From Microcystis aeruginosa NIES-843 (lineage in GTDB: Bacteria; Cyanobacteriota; Cyanobacteriia; Cyanobacteriales; Microcystaceae): 32,000 nucleotides of DNA. Position numbers and translations under genes: made by a program. Below are positions 10,922 through 20,030 of this stretch, in pieces; position 1 is the stretch's first letter; each line of letters starts with the position of its first letter. Location: positions 5,010,001-5,042,000 of the forward strand of contig NC_010296.1 in assembly GCF_000010625.1 (NCBI RefSeq). The letters run 5' to 3'. The notes below the pieces were generated by a model. That model was not told where the DNA came from and did no database searches. It saw only the letters and a program-made list of their open reading frames with translations.

Positions 10922-11170
10922 TAATTAGGGGTTTCTGAGCAGCATTTTGGGCGGGCCGATCGGCCGAACCAATTCCCCTCACCATCCCCGCCAAGATGAC
11001 CGACTTATTTGTTTAATTTCTGTAATTTTCGGCTTTCAAGGGGGAAAACTAAAATTAGAATGGGGAGGGTGCCTTAAAATTGCTGTTTTGACGTATAATC
11101 ACCTCAATAAAATTTAGAAGCTCCTAGAGTTGATAGTTTTCAACATTTCTGTGAGGAAAATGTATTTATT

Positions 11171-11932
11171 ATGAGTTCAATTATTGAAATCGGCGACCAC
11201 AAAATTAGCGATTCAGCGGTCTTGCCTCTTTTGGCAAAATATGGTATGTTACCCCAGTTATTCCGGGAAGTAATTATCGAGCAAGCGATTGCCGATATCA
11301 CCTGCAATCCCGAAGAAAGAAACGCCGCCTATTCCCGTTTCTATCAAAATAATCAAATTGCCAACGATGAACAAATGAAATCTTGGTTACGACAAAACGG
11401 GATGGATTCCGAACAACTAGAATATCTAATTCTTCGGGACATTAAACTGGAAAAATTTAAACAGGAGACTTGGGATAACAAAGTAGAATCCTACTTCTTG
11501 CAAGTCAAAAATCAATTGGATAAGGTGGTTTATTCCCTGATTCGGACAAAAAATATCGGCATTGCCCAAGAACTATTTTTCCGGATACAGGATCGAGAAA
11601 ATAGCTTCGCTGAACTAGCCAAAAAATACTCCCAAGGAGCAGAAGCAGAAACCGGAGGACTAATCGGACCTGTGGAACTGAGCACTCCCCATCCCCAGAT
11701 TGGGCAAATTCTCAAAGCAAGTAAACCGGGGCAACTGTGGCCACCGACGCAAGTGGGAGAATGGGTCGTAATTGTCCGGTTAGAAAAATACTTATCCTGT
11801 GAACTGGATCCTCCCACCCGTCAACGCTTACGGAATGATTTATTCCAACAATGGTTAATGACTCAAATGCAAACAGTGAAATTTATCTCCGAATCAACCC
11901 CAGTCAATAGCGAGCAGGTATCGATTATATAG
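11171..11932 (+). CDS. Parvulin/PpiC-type peptidyl-prolyl cis-trans isomerase-like protein
   Basis: The C-terminal half (AQELFFRIQDRENSFAELAKKYSQGAEAETGGLIGPVE ... GEWVVIVRLEKY) looks like a PpiC rotamase domain. No obvious signal peptide. First gene of the export cluster. Confidence 0.7.
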   Translation: MSSIIEIGDHKISDSAVLPLLAKYGMLPQLFREVIIEQAIADITCNPEERNAAYSRFYQNNQIANDEQMKSWLRQNGMDSEQLEYLILRDIKLEKFKQETWDNKVESYFLQVKNQLDKVVYSLIRTKNIGIAQELFFRIQDRENSFAELAKKYSQGAEAETGGLIGPVELSTPHPQIGQILKASKPGQLWPPTQVGEWVVIVRLEKYLSCELDPPTRQRLRNDLFQQWLMTQMQTVKFISESTPVNSEQVSII

Positions 11933-12007
11933 CATCCCTTGCCAAGCTGGGTAAACCCAGTCTTTTCGCTTAATTATTTGCCAACTTAGTCAATTTTCGC
12001 CTAGCTA

Positions 12008-14977
12008 ATGAGTTACACCACTTTAGATTTTACCGCCTTTCTGGAGACTGTACAGCCCTTCGATCGCCTGCCCGTCGAGGTTAGACGTTCCCTCGGCCAG
12101 AAATTACAACCCTTTCGCTATGAGATGGGCAATGCGATACTCAAGTGCGATCGCTTACCCTCCCACCTCGTCCTTCTCTACGAGGGAGAGGCCAGACTTT
12201 TGGGTTACGATGCTAGGGTTAACAATCCGCTGCCGGTCACTTTGGCTAAATTACAGCCGGGGGATTTATTCGGGTGGATGAGTCTTCTGCGCGCTACCCC
12301 CTGTGAAACGGTTATCGCTTCTTCGGAAGTCACGATCTGTTTAACCTTAAAACAAGAGGATTTTTGGTCTTTAATCAATAATTACCCCGAATTTAAGGAA
12401 CATTTCTTTAAAGAAACCTCGATCGCTGAAGTTTATGCTCTCCTAGGCTCCTATCTTAATCAACAGGCCTGGGGTGGGGGAGACCTGAAAGAAATTGCTC
12501 AGGCTCTTTTAAACAAAGCTTGTGTGTCCTACAACCAGATTAACGATGATTATCTCTGGTTAGTCAGCGAAAATACCGATAATTATCCTATCGGCACAGT
12601 TATCACCCAGAACAATCCGACTAACACGCGCTTATTAGGTCTTTCCTCCGACCAGTTAGACAAGTTCTTGACAGTGGAAACCGAAGCGGCTGCGGAAACA
12701 GAAACGGATGATATCTGGGAAACCCAAGTCATTAAGGGAAATAAACCCACCCAGGTATTAGATATCCCCCAAGGAAGAATAAGCGACATCACCAGCGATA
12801 TCGACGTTGAAAAAACTGTCGAGAAAAACCGGAAATCCTATCCCTTTTTCGGGGGAAAAACGGAACTAGAGGCGGTGAGTGCCTGTTTTCAGATGCTCTG
12901 CAAATATTTTAATATCCCCTTTCGCAAGGACGTGATCCAACGCATCCTAGGAGATCAACTGCAAAGAACTGGCAGCCTTTCCCTGCCTCTGTGTGGGGCT
13001 GTGGCCGAGGTAGTGGGACTCCATAGCCAATTAGTACCCCTAAATGCTTCTTCCTTGCCCAATATCAACCCTCCTGCCCTAATTCGCTGGCAAGACACCA
13101 TCGTTATCCTCTACGAAATTAATCAACGGGAAACCACGATCGCTGTTCCCCAAAGGGGGATAATTAAACGCAAAACCAGCGAATTTCTGGAATTTTGGGA
13201 CGAAAAAGGGGAAGTAATTCTGCTCAAACCCACCAAACACACCCAGCAACAGCGTTTTGGCCTATCATGGTTTTGGCCTTCTGTCAAGAAACATAAACGA
13301 GTCTTAATAGAAGTTTTTATCGCTTCTTTCTTCGTGCAGTTATTTGCCCTGGCCAATCCCTTGATGATTCAGGTGATCATCGATAAAGTGATCGTGCAGA
13401 ATAGCCCGGAAACCTTGAATACCCTCGGGGTTTTCCTGTTAGTAATTGCCGTTTTTGAGGGAATTTTAACCTTTTTGAGAACATCCCTTTTTGTCGATAC
13501 CACTAATCGCATCGACATGACCCTCGGTTCAGAAATTATCGATCACCTGCTGCGCTTACCCCTGAAATACTTTGAACGGCGGCCAGTGGGTGAAATTTCG
13601 ACAAGAATCAACGAATTAGAGAATATTCGGCAGTTTTTAACAGGTACAGCCCTAACGGTGGTGTTAGATGCCATTTTCTCGGTTATCTACATCGTGGTTA
13701 TGTTGATCTATAGCCCGATTCTAACCGTTTGGGCCCTGGGAGTCGTGCCGATTTTAGTTCTCTCCACAGCTATTTTCGCACCGATCGTGCGGCGACAACT
13801 GCGAGCAAAAGCCGAACGAAACGCCGAAACCCAATCCTATCTAGTGGAGGTAATGACGGGAATTCAAACGGTGAAAGCACAGAATATCGAATTGCGTTCC
13901 CGTTGGCAGTGGCAAGAACGTTATGCTCGCTATGTGGCCGAAGGTTTTCAAACGGTAATGACCTCAACTTTGGCCGGTTCCTTTAGTCACTTCTTTAACC
14001 AATTATCGGGTTTATTAGTGCTATGGGTGGGAGCAGCCCTAGTTTTAGACGGAAAACTCACTCTTGGTCAATTAATTGCCTTCCGGATTATCGCTTCCTA
14101 CGTTACCTCGCCGATTCTGCGTTTGACCCAACTCTGGCAAAACTTCCAAGAAACTGGCTTATCCCTGGAAAGATTAGCCGATATCGTCGATACTCCCCAA
14201 GAAGCGGAACTCGATCGCCAAAACATCCCTATGCCCTTAATTAAAGGCACCGTCACCTACGAAAACCTCGCTTTCCGCTTCAATCCCCACGGACCCCTGC
14301 AACTATACAACGTCAATTTAGAATTCCCCGCCGGCACTTTTGTCGCTTTGGTGGGGGAAAGTGGCGCTGGGAAAAGTACCATTACTAAATTGTTAGCCCG
14401 TCTCTACGAACCAGAATCGGGACGGATTCTCATCGATGGCTACGATATCAACAAAGTGGAACTCTATTCCCTCCGTCGTCAAATCGGCATGGTTCCCCAA
14501 GAAACCCTATTATTTGACGGTACGGTACAGGAAAATATCGCCCTGACTAACCCCGATGCGACTGTGGAGGAAATTGTCTCGGCAGCGAAAACGGCGGCGG
14601 CCCACGAATTTATTATGACCCTGCCCAATGGCTATAATACCCGCGTCGGTGAACGGGGGGCATCCCTATCGGGGGGACAACGACAACGGGTTGCGATCGC
14701 TCGTTCCGTCCTGCAAAAACCGCAAATTCTCATTCTTGATGAGGCCACCAGCGCCCTCGACTATAACACCGAACGGCAAGTGTGTCTGAATCTCAAGGAA
14801 GTTTTCAAGGATCATACGGTCTTTTTTATTACCCATCGTTTAGCTTCGATCAAATCCGCCGATATTATTGTCATGATGGATAAAGGGACAGTAGCGGAGG
14901 AAGGCACCCACGAGGAATTAATGGCCAAAAAAGGCCTTTACTATACCCTCTATAAACAACAGGATTCGCAAATCTAG
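12008..14977 (+). CDS. ABC exporter: cNMP-binding-like domain + C39-like domain + 6-TM ABC membrane domain + ATPase (type I secretion / bacteriocin-exporter family)
   Basis: Walker A GESGAGKST, signature LSGGQRQRVAIAR and Walker B ILILDEATSALD. A TM region runs from about aa 440. The N-terminal CAP_ED-like fold covers aa ~10-130 and a C39-like segment covers aa ~280-410. Confidence 0.9.
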   Translation: MSYTTLDFTAFLETVQPFDRLPVEVRRSLGQKLQPFRYEMGNAILKCDRLPSHLVLLYEGEARLLGYDARVNNPLPVTLAKLQPGDLFGWMSLLRATPCETVIASSEVTICLTLKQEDFWSLINNYPEFKEHFFKETSIAEVYALLGSYLNQQAWGGGDLKEIAQALLNKACVSYNQINDDYLWLVSENTDNYPIGTVITQNNPTNTRLLGLSSDQLDKFLTVETEAAAETETDDIWETQVIKGNKPTQVLDIPQGRISDITSDIDVEKTVEKNRKSYPFFGGKTELEAVSACFQMLCKYFNIPFRKDVIQRILGDQLQRTGSLSLPLCGAVAEVVGLHSQLVPLNASSLPNINPPALIRWQDTIVILYEINQRETTIAVPQRGIIKRKTSEFLEFWDEKGEVILLKPTKHTQQQRFGLSWFWPSVKKHKRVLIEVFIASFFVQLFALANPLMIQVIIDKVIVQNSPETLNTLGVFLLVIAVFEGILTFLRTSLFVDTTNRIDMTLGSEIIDHLLRLPLKYFERRPVGEISTRINELENIRQFLTGTALTVVLDAIFSVIYIVVMLIYSPILTVWALGVVPILVLSTAIFAPIVRRQLRAKAERNAETQSYLVEVMTGIQTVKAQNIELRSRWQWQERYARYVAEGFQTVMTSTLAGSFSHFFNQLSGLLVLWVGAALVLDGKLTLGQLIAFRIIASYVTSPILRLTQLWQNFQETGLSLERLADIVDTPQEAELDRQNIPMPLIKGTVTYENLAFRFNPHGPLQLYNVNLEFPAGTFVALVGESGAGKSTITKLLARLYEPESGRILIDGYDINKVELYSLRRQIGMVPQETLLFDGTVQENIALTNPDATVEEIVSAAKTAAAHEFIMTLPNGYNTRVGERGASLSGGQRQRVAIARSVLQKPQILILDEATSALDYNTERQVCLNLKEVFKDHTVFFITHRLASIKSADIIVMMDKGTVAEEGTHEELMAKKGLYYTLYKQQDSQI

Positions 14978-14984
14978 TCAGTCA

Positions 14985-15139
14985 GGGAACAGGGATTAGG
15001 GGATAGGGGATAGGGAAATGGGGAAATGGGGAAATGGGGAAGTTTCAACTAATACCCCAAAACCCCAACACCCCACACCCCACACCCCACACCCCACACC
15101 CCACACCCTACACCCACGAAAAACTTTTTCAGCAAACCC
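14985..15139. repeat. G-tract / (CCCCACA)x5 composite fused to a solo MITE end (GAAAAACTTTTTCAGCAAACCC)
   Basis: GGGGAAATGGGGAAATGGGGAAATGGGG, then CCCCACA x5, then a terminus nearly identical to the right end of MITE copy A, followed by TAAATA. Fills the ABC-hlyD spacer. Confidence 0.8.
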
Positions 15140-15158
15140 TAAATATAGGAGAATCCCC

Positions 15159-16928
15159 ATGAACGGTAATTCTAACAACGGTCAAAAGGGCAACGGCAAC
15201 GCTAAAAGCGATGAACTGACCCAAGCGGGTAAAAACGTGGCTACTACCACGAAAAATAAAAGTATTACCCCTTCTTTACCCACTTTCAGCCCACCGGAAC
15301 AATCGGTGATCTTGAAACAATCACCCATTTGGTCGCGGACGATTATCTGGACATTAATGAGTGTCACCACTGCCGCTTTAATTTGGTCGGCGTTCGCCAA
15401 AATCGAGCAGGTGGTGGGCGCCCAAGGACAACTTAAACCCCAGGGGAAAGTGCAAGAAGTACAAGCACCGGTGAATGGGGTAGTACAGTTCGTGAAAGTG
15501 AAAGACGGCGATCGAGTTAACAAAGGTGATGTACTGGTTTTAATGGATTCCAGTGCCTCGCAAGTGCAGTTAGAATCCTTGAGAAAAATTCGCACCAGTG
15601 CTGAGAAGGAAAATCAATTCTATCGTCTCTTAATGGCGCAGGATCTGACACCGGCAGCAGTGGAAAGTTCGATCGCTCAATTAAAATTACCGAGTGAAAT
15701 CGCCGATTTAGCCCGTAATCGTGCCGCTTTGGTGACAGAAAATCAACTTTATCAAGCACAGGTCAGTGAAGGTGCTTCTAGCTCTGCTTTACAAGGGGAT
15801 GAATTAGCTCGTTTAGGGGCTGCTCGACGGGAGGCCAATTCTCGACAAGCGGCCGCTAGATTGGAAATGGAACAACTAGAAAAACAATTGGCCCAAACTA
15901 GGGTACAGTTGGCCGATGCCCGCTCGCAATTAATCAAAGATCGCTTAGTCTTAGAAGAAATTAAGACTCGTAATGCCAATTCGATGAAACAGGGCCAAGA
16001 AAGCTTGGATATCGAGCGTAATATTCTTAAGGATATTGAACCCTTGGGGGATGAAGGAGCGATCGCCCGTTATCAGATTAATAAGCAAAAACAATCGGTA
16101 ACCGATCGCCAGAATGAATTACAGCAGCAAGAGGCTAATGGCAAAATCGATCGAGAAAAACAAGAGAAAGAAGTACAAACCCGCATCGCCGAAATTTCCC
16201 GCCTGGAACAGGAAGAAAAGCGTTATTTCCTGTTGATCTCCCAAGCGCAAGAAAAGCTGATTAATACCACGGTAATCACGGAAAAAGATGTGCGCGATAA
16301 AATGGCGGACAATTACAAACGGATCGCTGAAATCGATAGTCAGATCAGTCGCATTATCATTGATAACAACAAGCGCATTGCCGAACTAGACAGTCAAATT
16401 AGTCAAGCACAACAGACCATTAAATATCAAAAAATTACCGCCCCCATCGATGGTGTGGTCTTTGATCTCAAGGCCCGGCCCGGGTTTGTTCCCCAACCAA
16501 GTCAAGCGGAAGCATTATTAAAACTTGTTCCCGATGGCTGTCCCACCGAGGTGAAAGATGCCGCTAAAGGTTGTTTAGTGGCAGAGGTGGACGTGACTAA
16601 CCAAGACATCGGTTTTGTGCGCGTGGGACAAAAAGCCGATATTCGCATTGATTCCTTTTCCTACAGTGAATACGGCGATATTAAGGGAGAAGTAATCTCG
16701 ATCGGTTCCGATGCTTTACCTCCCGACGAAAATCACCGTTTTTATCGGTTCCCCGTCCGGGTACGCTTGAACAGTCAAGAGTTAGTTTTGAAAAATCAAT
16801 CCACTCTACCGCTGCAATCGGGGATGTCCGTGAGTGTCAACATCAAAGTCAATGAAAATCGCACCGTTTTGGGACTATTTACCGATATGTTCAATAAACA
16901 GGTGGATACTCTCAAACAAGTCCGTTAA
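15159..16928 (+). CDS. HlyD-family type I secretion membrane-fusion (periplasmic adaptor) protein
   Basis: One N-terminal TM helix ([23 protein letters not shown]), a lipoyl-like hairpin ([29 protein letters not shown] ... [12 protein letters not shown]), a long coiled coil and a C-terminal beta-barrel. ATG 15159 has AGGAG 8 nt upstream. The track start at 15018 lies inside the repeat. Confidence 0.88.
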   Translation: MNGNSNNGQKGNGNAKSDELTQAGKNVATTTKNKSITPSLPTFSPPEQSVILKQSPIWSRTIIWTLMSVTTAALIWSAFAKIEQVVGAQGQLKPQGKVQEVQAPVNGVVQFVKVKDGDRVNKGDVLVLMDSSASQVQLESLRKIRTSAEKENQFYRLLMAQDLTPAAVESSIAQLKLPSEIADLARNRAALVTENQLYQAQVSEGASSSALQGDELARLGAARREANSRQAAARLEMEQLEKQLAQTRVQLADARSQLIKDRLVLEEIKTRNANSMKQGQESLDIERNILKDIEPLGDEGAIARYQINKQKQSVTDRQNELQQQEANGKIDREKQEKEVQTRIAEISRLEQEEKRYFLLISQAQEKLINTTVITEKDVRDKMADNYKRIAEIDSQISRIIIDNNKRIAELDSQISQAQQTIKYQKITAPIDGVVFDLKARPGFVPQPSQAEALLKLVPDGCPTEVKDAAKGCLVAEVDVTNQDIGFVRVGQKADIRIDSFSYSEYGDIKGEVISIGSDALPPDENHRFYRFPVRVRLNSQELVLKNQSTLPLQSGMSVSVNIKVNENRTVLGLFTDMFNKQVDTLKQVR

Positions 16929-17686
16929 GCGAAAAAATTCGGGGGTACATCCTGCCAACGGCCTGAACCGATCGCGCTAATCGCTTCCGAGAGGTTAACT
17001 GCACCGGTATAAAGAGCGCGGCCCACGATTACTCCCGTTACTCCTAAAGGTTCCAAAGACAATAAACTCAGTAAGTCCGTCAGGGAACTAATGCCCCCAG
17101 AGGCGATCACAGGAATCTCGACAGATTCGGCTAATTCTCGCAAAGCGGCGAGATTAGGGCCAGAAAGCGTGCCATCTCGATGAATATCAGTGTAGATAAT
17201 CGTGCTGGCTCCTCTTTTTGCCATATCTTGACCAAGAGCGATCGCCTCTACCTCGGAAGTTTCTAACCAACCCCTGGTGGCTACTTTACCATCGCGAGCA
17301 TCAATACCGACAATTATTTGCCCCGGAAAGCTTTGACAAAGTTCGCTGACTAATTCTGGCTTTTCTACGGCGACTGTCCCTAAAATCGCCTTTTCTACCC
17401 CGATTTTTAGGAGATTACTCACCGTTTCTAGATCCCGCAGTCCACCCCCCACCTGTACGGGAATGGCAATATCATTAAGAATTGTTTCAATAGTTGACAA
17501 ATTAACCGATTTACCCTCTTTGGCTCCATCCAAATCAACTAAATGTAATCTGGTTGCCCCCTGATTGACCCATTCTCGCGCCACTATTGCGGGATTATCG
17601 TTAAAAACCTGCGATTGTTGGTAATCTCCCTGATAAAGTCGCACACATTTGCCATCGAGAATATCAATAGCGGGGATAACTTCCAT
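16925..17686 (-). CDS. hisA: 1-(5-phosphoribosyl)-5-[(5-phosphoribosylamino)methylideneamino]imidazole-4-carboxamide isomerase
   Basis: [51 protein letters not shown] and GVIVGRALY are canonical HisA (beta/alpha)8 motifs. 253 aa. Confidence 0.93.
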   Translation of the reverse strand: MEVIPAIDILDGKCVRLYQGDYQQSQVFNDNPAIVAREWVNQGATRLHLVDLDGAKEGKSVNLSTIETILNDIAIPVQVGGGLRDLETVSNLLKIGVEKAILGTVAVEKPELVSELCQSFPGQIIVGIDARDGKVATRGWLETSEVEAIALGQDMAKRGASTIIYTDIHRDGTLSGPNLAALRELAESVEIPVIASGGISSLTDLLSLLSLEPLGVTGVIVGRALYTGAVNLSEAISAIGSGRWQDVPPNFFA

Positions 17687-17806
17687 GTTTTTCTCAATAT
17701 CTAACTAAGGAGCGTTTTTCATTATATAGTACCAGCCGTCAGAATTCAGGAGACAGGAGGCAGGAGTCGGTGGTCAGGAGATAGGGTGGTCACTGCGTGC
17801 GCATTG

Positions 17807-17905
17807 CGGGGGGTGTTGGGGTGTTGAGGTGTTAGGGTTTTAGTTGAAATTCCCCCACTTCCCCACTTCCCCACCTCCCCATTTCCTACACCCCACTTTC
17901 CTATA
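17807..17905. repeat. Inverted copy of the G-tract/C-tract composite
   Basis: GGGGGGTGTTGGGGTGTTGAGGTGTTAGGG-TTTTAGTTGAAATT-CCCCCACTTCCCCACTTCCCCACCTCCCCA is the reverse orientation of the 1424-1530 type element. Confidence 0.8.
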
Positions 17906-18055
17906 CCTTTTAAACGGGATTGAGGATGAGGGGGTCTTAGCCAGCTATTTTAGCTATTTCTGGTTGCTTAGAGATAATCTTCAGAATATTAATCGATTCC
18001 TAGGAGAAAAAATTCTTCTAGAATGATAAGTAAATATACGAGAGGAATTATACTC

Positions 18056-18337
18056 ATGTCTGCTGCGAAGTTTCAAACAGCCGCTTCATTATCCGATCGA
18101 GAGCTAGAAATACTCGATTTAGTGGCTAATGGTTTAACTAATCAAGAAATCTCGGAAAAGCTAGAGATTAGTAAGCGTACCGTTGATAATCATATTAGTA
18201 ATATCTTGACGAAAACAAAAACCGATAATCGGGTGGAATTGGTGCGTTGGGCATTGCATTGGGGTAAAGTTTGTCTTGATGATATTAATTGTTGTATCCT
18301 TCCTTCCCCAGCGCCGACTGATGATCAGGTTTCCTAA
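18056..18337 (+). CDS. Stand-alone LuxR/GerE-type HTH transcriptional regulator
   Basis: LSDRELEILDLVANGLTNQEISEKLEISKRTVDNHISNILTKT is a canonical GerE HTH with no receiver or ligand domain. ATG 18056 has GAGAGG 10 nt upstream. The alternative start at 18023 (track) cannot be excluded. Confidence 0.85.
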   Translation: MSAAKFQTAASLSDRELEILDLVANGLTNQEISEKLEISKRTVDNHISNILTKTKTDNRVELVRWALHWGKVCLDDINCCILPSPAPTDDQVS

Positions 18338-18872
18338 ACTTCTGGGACTTTTTCTTGCGGTTAATATCATCAGTCTGGGGGGATGTAGTGATGCGGGTTT
18401 TGTCACCCCTCCCCAACAGCTTTTAGGAAATACTTTAAATACCCCTTCCTCTGAAGATAATCCCCGTTTTAACTACGATGGTCGTTATCTGGTCTTTGCC
18501 TCCGATCGCAGGGGACAACGAACGATTTATTTATTCGATCGAGTGGCTAATCGTTTAGTTCCCCTGCCGGGGTTAAATCAAGCAAAAACCTATCAAGATC
18601 AACCGGATATTAGTGCCGATGGTCGCTATATTGTTTATGTGTCGGAACAGTCCGGTAAACCCGATATATATATTTATGATCGACAAACTCTGCAAGCAAA
18701 AAATATCACCGAAAATATTTTAGGAGAAGTGCGTCGTCCGACGATTAGTGGCAACGGTCGTTTTATTGCTTTTGAAAGTAATCGTTTCGGTCAATGGAAT
18801 CTGGAAATATTCGATCGAGGTGGCGAAATTTCTCCTTCTTTACCCCCGATCAATTCTTCCCCGTCCCGATAG
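18321..18872 (+). CDS. Small lipoprotein with TolB-like PD40 beta-propeller repeats
   Basis: Signal peptide plus lipobox (MIRFPKLLGLFLAVNIISLGGC). Three PD40-like repeats (DGRYLVFASDRRG, DGRYIVYVSEQSG, NGRFIAFESNRFG). The start overlaps the luxR-type stop by 17 nt. The track start at 18276 is upstream in the same frame. Confidence 0.75.
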   Translation: MIRFPKLLGLFLAVNIISLGGCSDAGFVTPPQQLLGNTLNTPSSEDNPRFNYDGRYLVFASDRRGQRTIYLFDRVANRLVPLPGLNQAKTYQDQPDISADGRYIVYVSEQSGKPDIYIYDRQTLQAKNITENILGEVRRPTISGNGRFIAFESNRFGQWNLEIFDRGGEISPSLPPINSSPSR

Positions 18873-19022
18873 TATTGGGGGAGAAGGGAGAAGGGAGAAG
18901 GGTGTGGGGTGTGGGAAGATGGGAGATGGGAGAGGAGAATATCCACACGCCCCGGAATCCCTCCACGCTTACTTTTTGCTCCGTCTCGACTCTTTCTTTT
19001 TCCTCGTCCAGCCGCGTAGGTA

Positions 19023-19279
19023 GGGTCTGCTGAAAAAGTTTATTGGTGGGGTTAGGAGTCGGTCGCCGGTCGTCGGTCGCCGGTCGTCGGGAGGGGAAGT
19101 CAGAATAACAGAATGACCTCGCACGTCTGGAAGCGGAACCCTTCGAGATCGAAGAGCGAAAGTGCCAGGGTTTTGAGTCCCTCGGAGCGATTTCTCAACG
19201 TTTGTTTCTGGCACTTTTTTGGCTAAAAAAGTGCCAAAACCGTTTTCTAGTAAGGCTTTCAGTAATTTTCAGCAAGCCC
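19023..19279. mobile_element. MITE copy D (same termini, different core)
   Basis: GGGTCTGCTGAAAAAGTTT ... TTTTCAGCAAGCCC, flanked by the perfect direct repeat TAGGTA (19017-19022 and 19280-19285). The core has a 14-bp tandem (GTCGGTCGCCGGTC x2.3) and an 11-bp perfect hairpin GGCACTTTTTT-GGCT-AAAAAAGTGCC at 19210-19235. Confidence 0.8.
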
Positions 19280-19403
19280 TAGGTATTCTTGATAAGCTAA
19301 ACGGCGCTTAACCTGCATGATCCAACAGCTATAACCCTTTTGGAGTCTATATCGGTGATCCGAAGTAAAAGCCGTTTAGCTTACTTTCCACAGTCAAGGG
19401 TAG

Positions 19404-19769
19404 TTATGATCGATCATTCATTTGATAGATGGTTTCGTGACTGAGAAATTCTTGACTGGCTCTTTTCAGACGACCTGCTATTTGTTCCGGACTATGATAA
19501 TTTTTCAATCCTTTTTTCACCAACTCTAAGGCCGACTCGCTGACATTTTTAAAGGGTTGTTTGGCATTTTTTTGGTGCGTCTCGCTTTGAGCTTGTGCTG
19601 TGTCAGGTAGATAGCAGCCGAGGGAACTTTGATTCCTTCTTAATTCTCGTGATATTGTGCTTTGATGACATCCGAGCCAGACGGCCATTTGCCGTTGAGA
19701 TAAATTTCCCTCTTGACTAAGTTAGTAGAGCAAGTTTCTTTGTTCTATGTTAAGATGTTGTCGGCTCAT
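19404..19769 (-). pseudogene. IS30-family transposase, N-terminal HTH fragment with an in-frame stop, DDE domain missing
   Basis: Minus-strand reading MSRQHLNIEQRNLLY*LSQEGNLSQRQMAVWLGCHQSTISRELRRN...SPEQIAGRL...SHETIYQ matches the IS30 transposase N-terminus. There is an in-frame TAA at codon 16. Similarity ends after about 120 codons, whereas full-length enzymes are about 320-380 aa. Confidence 0.75.
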
Positions 19770-19859
19770 TTTTGGGTCTGATTTGTTGTTGTTAATGATC
19801 AGACAGTACCTGATGAGCCTTTCTTTTTCAACTCTTGAGGTTGATGCGTTTCATTTTTG

Positions 19860-20030
19860 AATTGACGATTTTTTTGACATCCTCACCGCCGTAAACGGAC
19901 GGTGATTCCCAAACCTCACGATTTAGGTTTCTGCTTCTTTCCCTTGCGGGGTTCCGCACCTGCCTTAACAGATTTACTCTGTTCTGGTCTTATGGTCGCT
20001 CTACAGACTGACACCGCAAGCCCTGCGGCC
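19860..20030 (-). ncRNA. Putative omega-RNA (reRNA) scaffold of the TnpB element; boundaries guessed
   Basis: In characterised TnpB systems the guide RNA scaffold overlaps the 3' end of tnpB and runs to the right end. The conserved hairpin at 19883-19905 lies where the terminal stem is expected. No covariance model was run. Confidence 0.3.

Noticed and set aside
11094-11099. Perfect TATAAT about 72 nt upstream of the PPIase start, considered as the promoter -10 of the export cluster
   Set aside because: No acceptable -35 or extended -10 lies at the right spacing (GCCTTA at a 17-nt spacer). It is too weak to report as a feature without TSS data.
15018-15158. 47-codon N-terminal extension of the HlyD-type ORF (MGKWGNGEVSTNTPKPQHPTPHTPHPTPH...)
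   Set aside because: It is translated entirely from the G-tract/CCCCACA repeat and the MITE end. ATG 15159 has a proper AGGAG Shine-Dalgarno and yields a normal adaptor N-terminus.
18748-19214. ORFs 18748..19023, 18794..19033 and 18969..19214
   Set aside because: They overlap the 3' end of the PD40 gene, the G-tract array and MITE D. Their sequences are low-complexity and they have no start signals.
19770-19882. Search for the missing N-terminus of the ThDP-enzyme gene on the far side of the TnpB element (e.g. MSLSFSTLEVDAFHF* from ATG 19813)
   Set aside because: Only a weak V-D-x-F resemblance to the GVDxVFG motif was found. The ORF is too short and stops immediately, so a simple insertion-split model is not supported.
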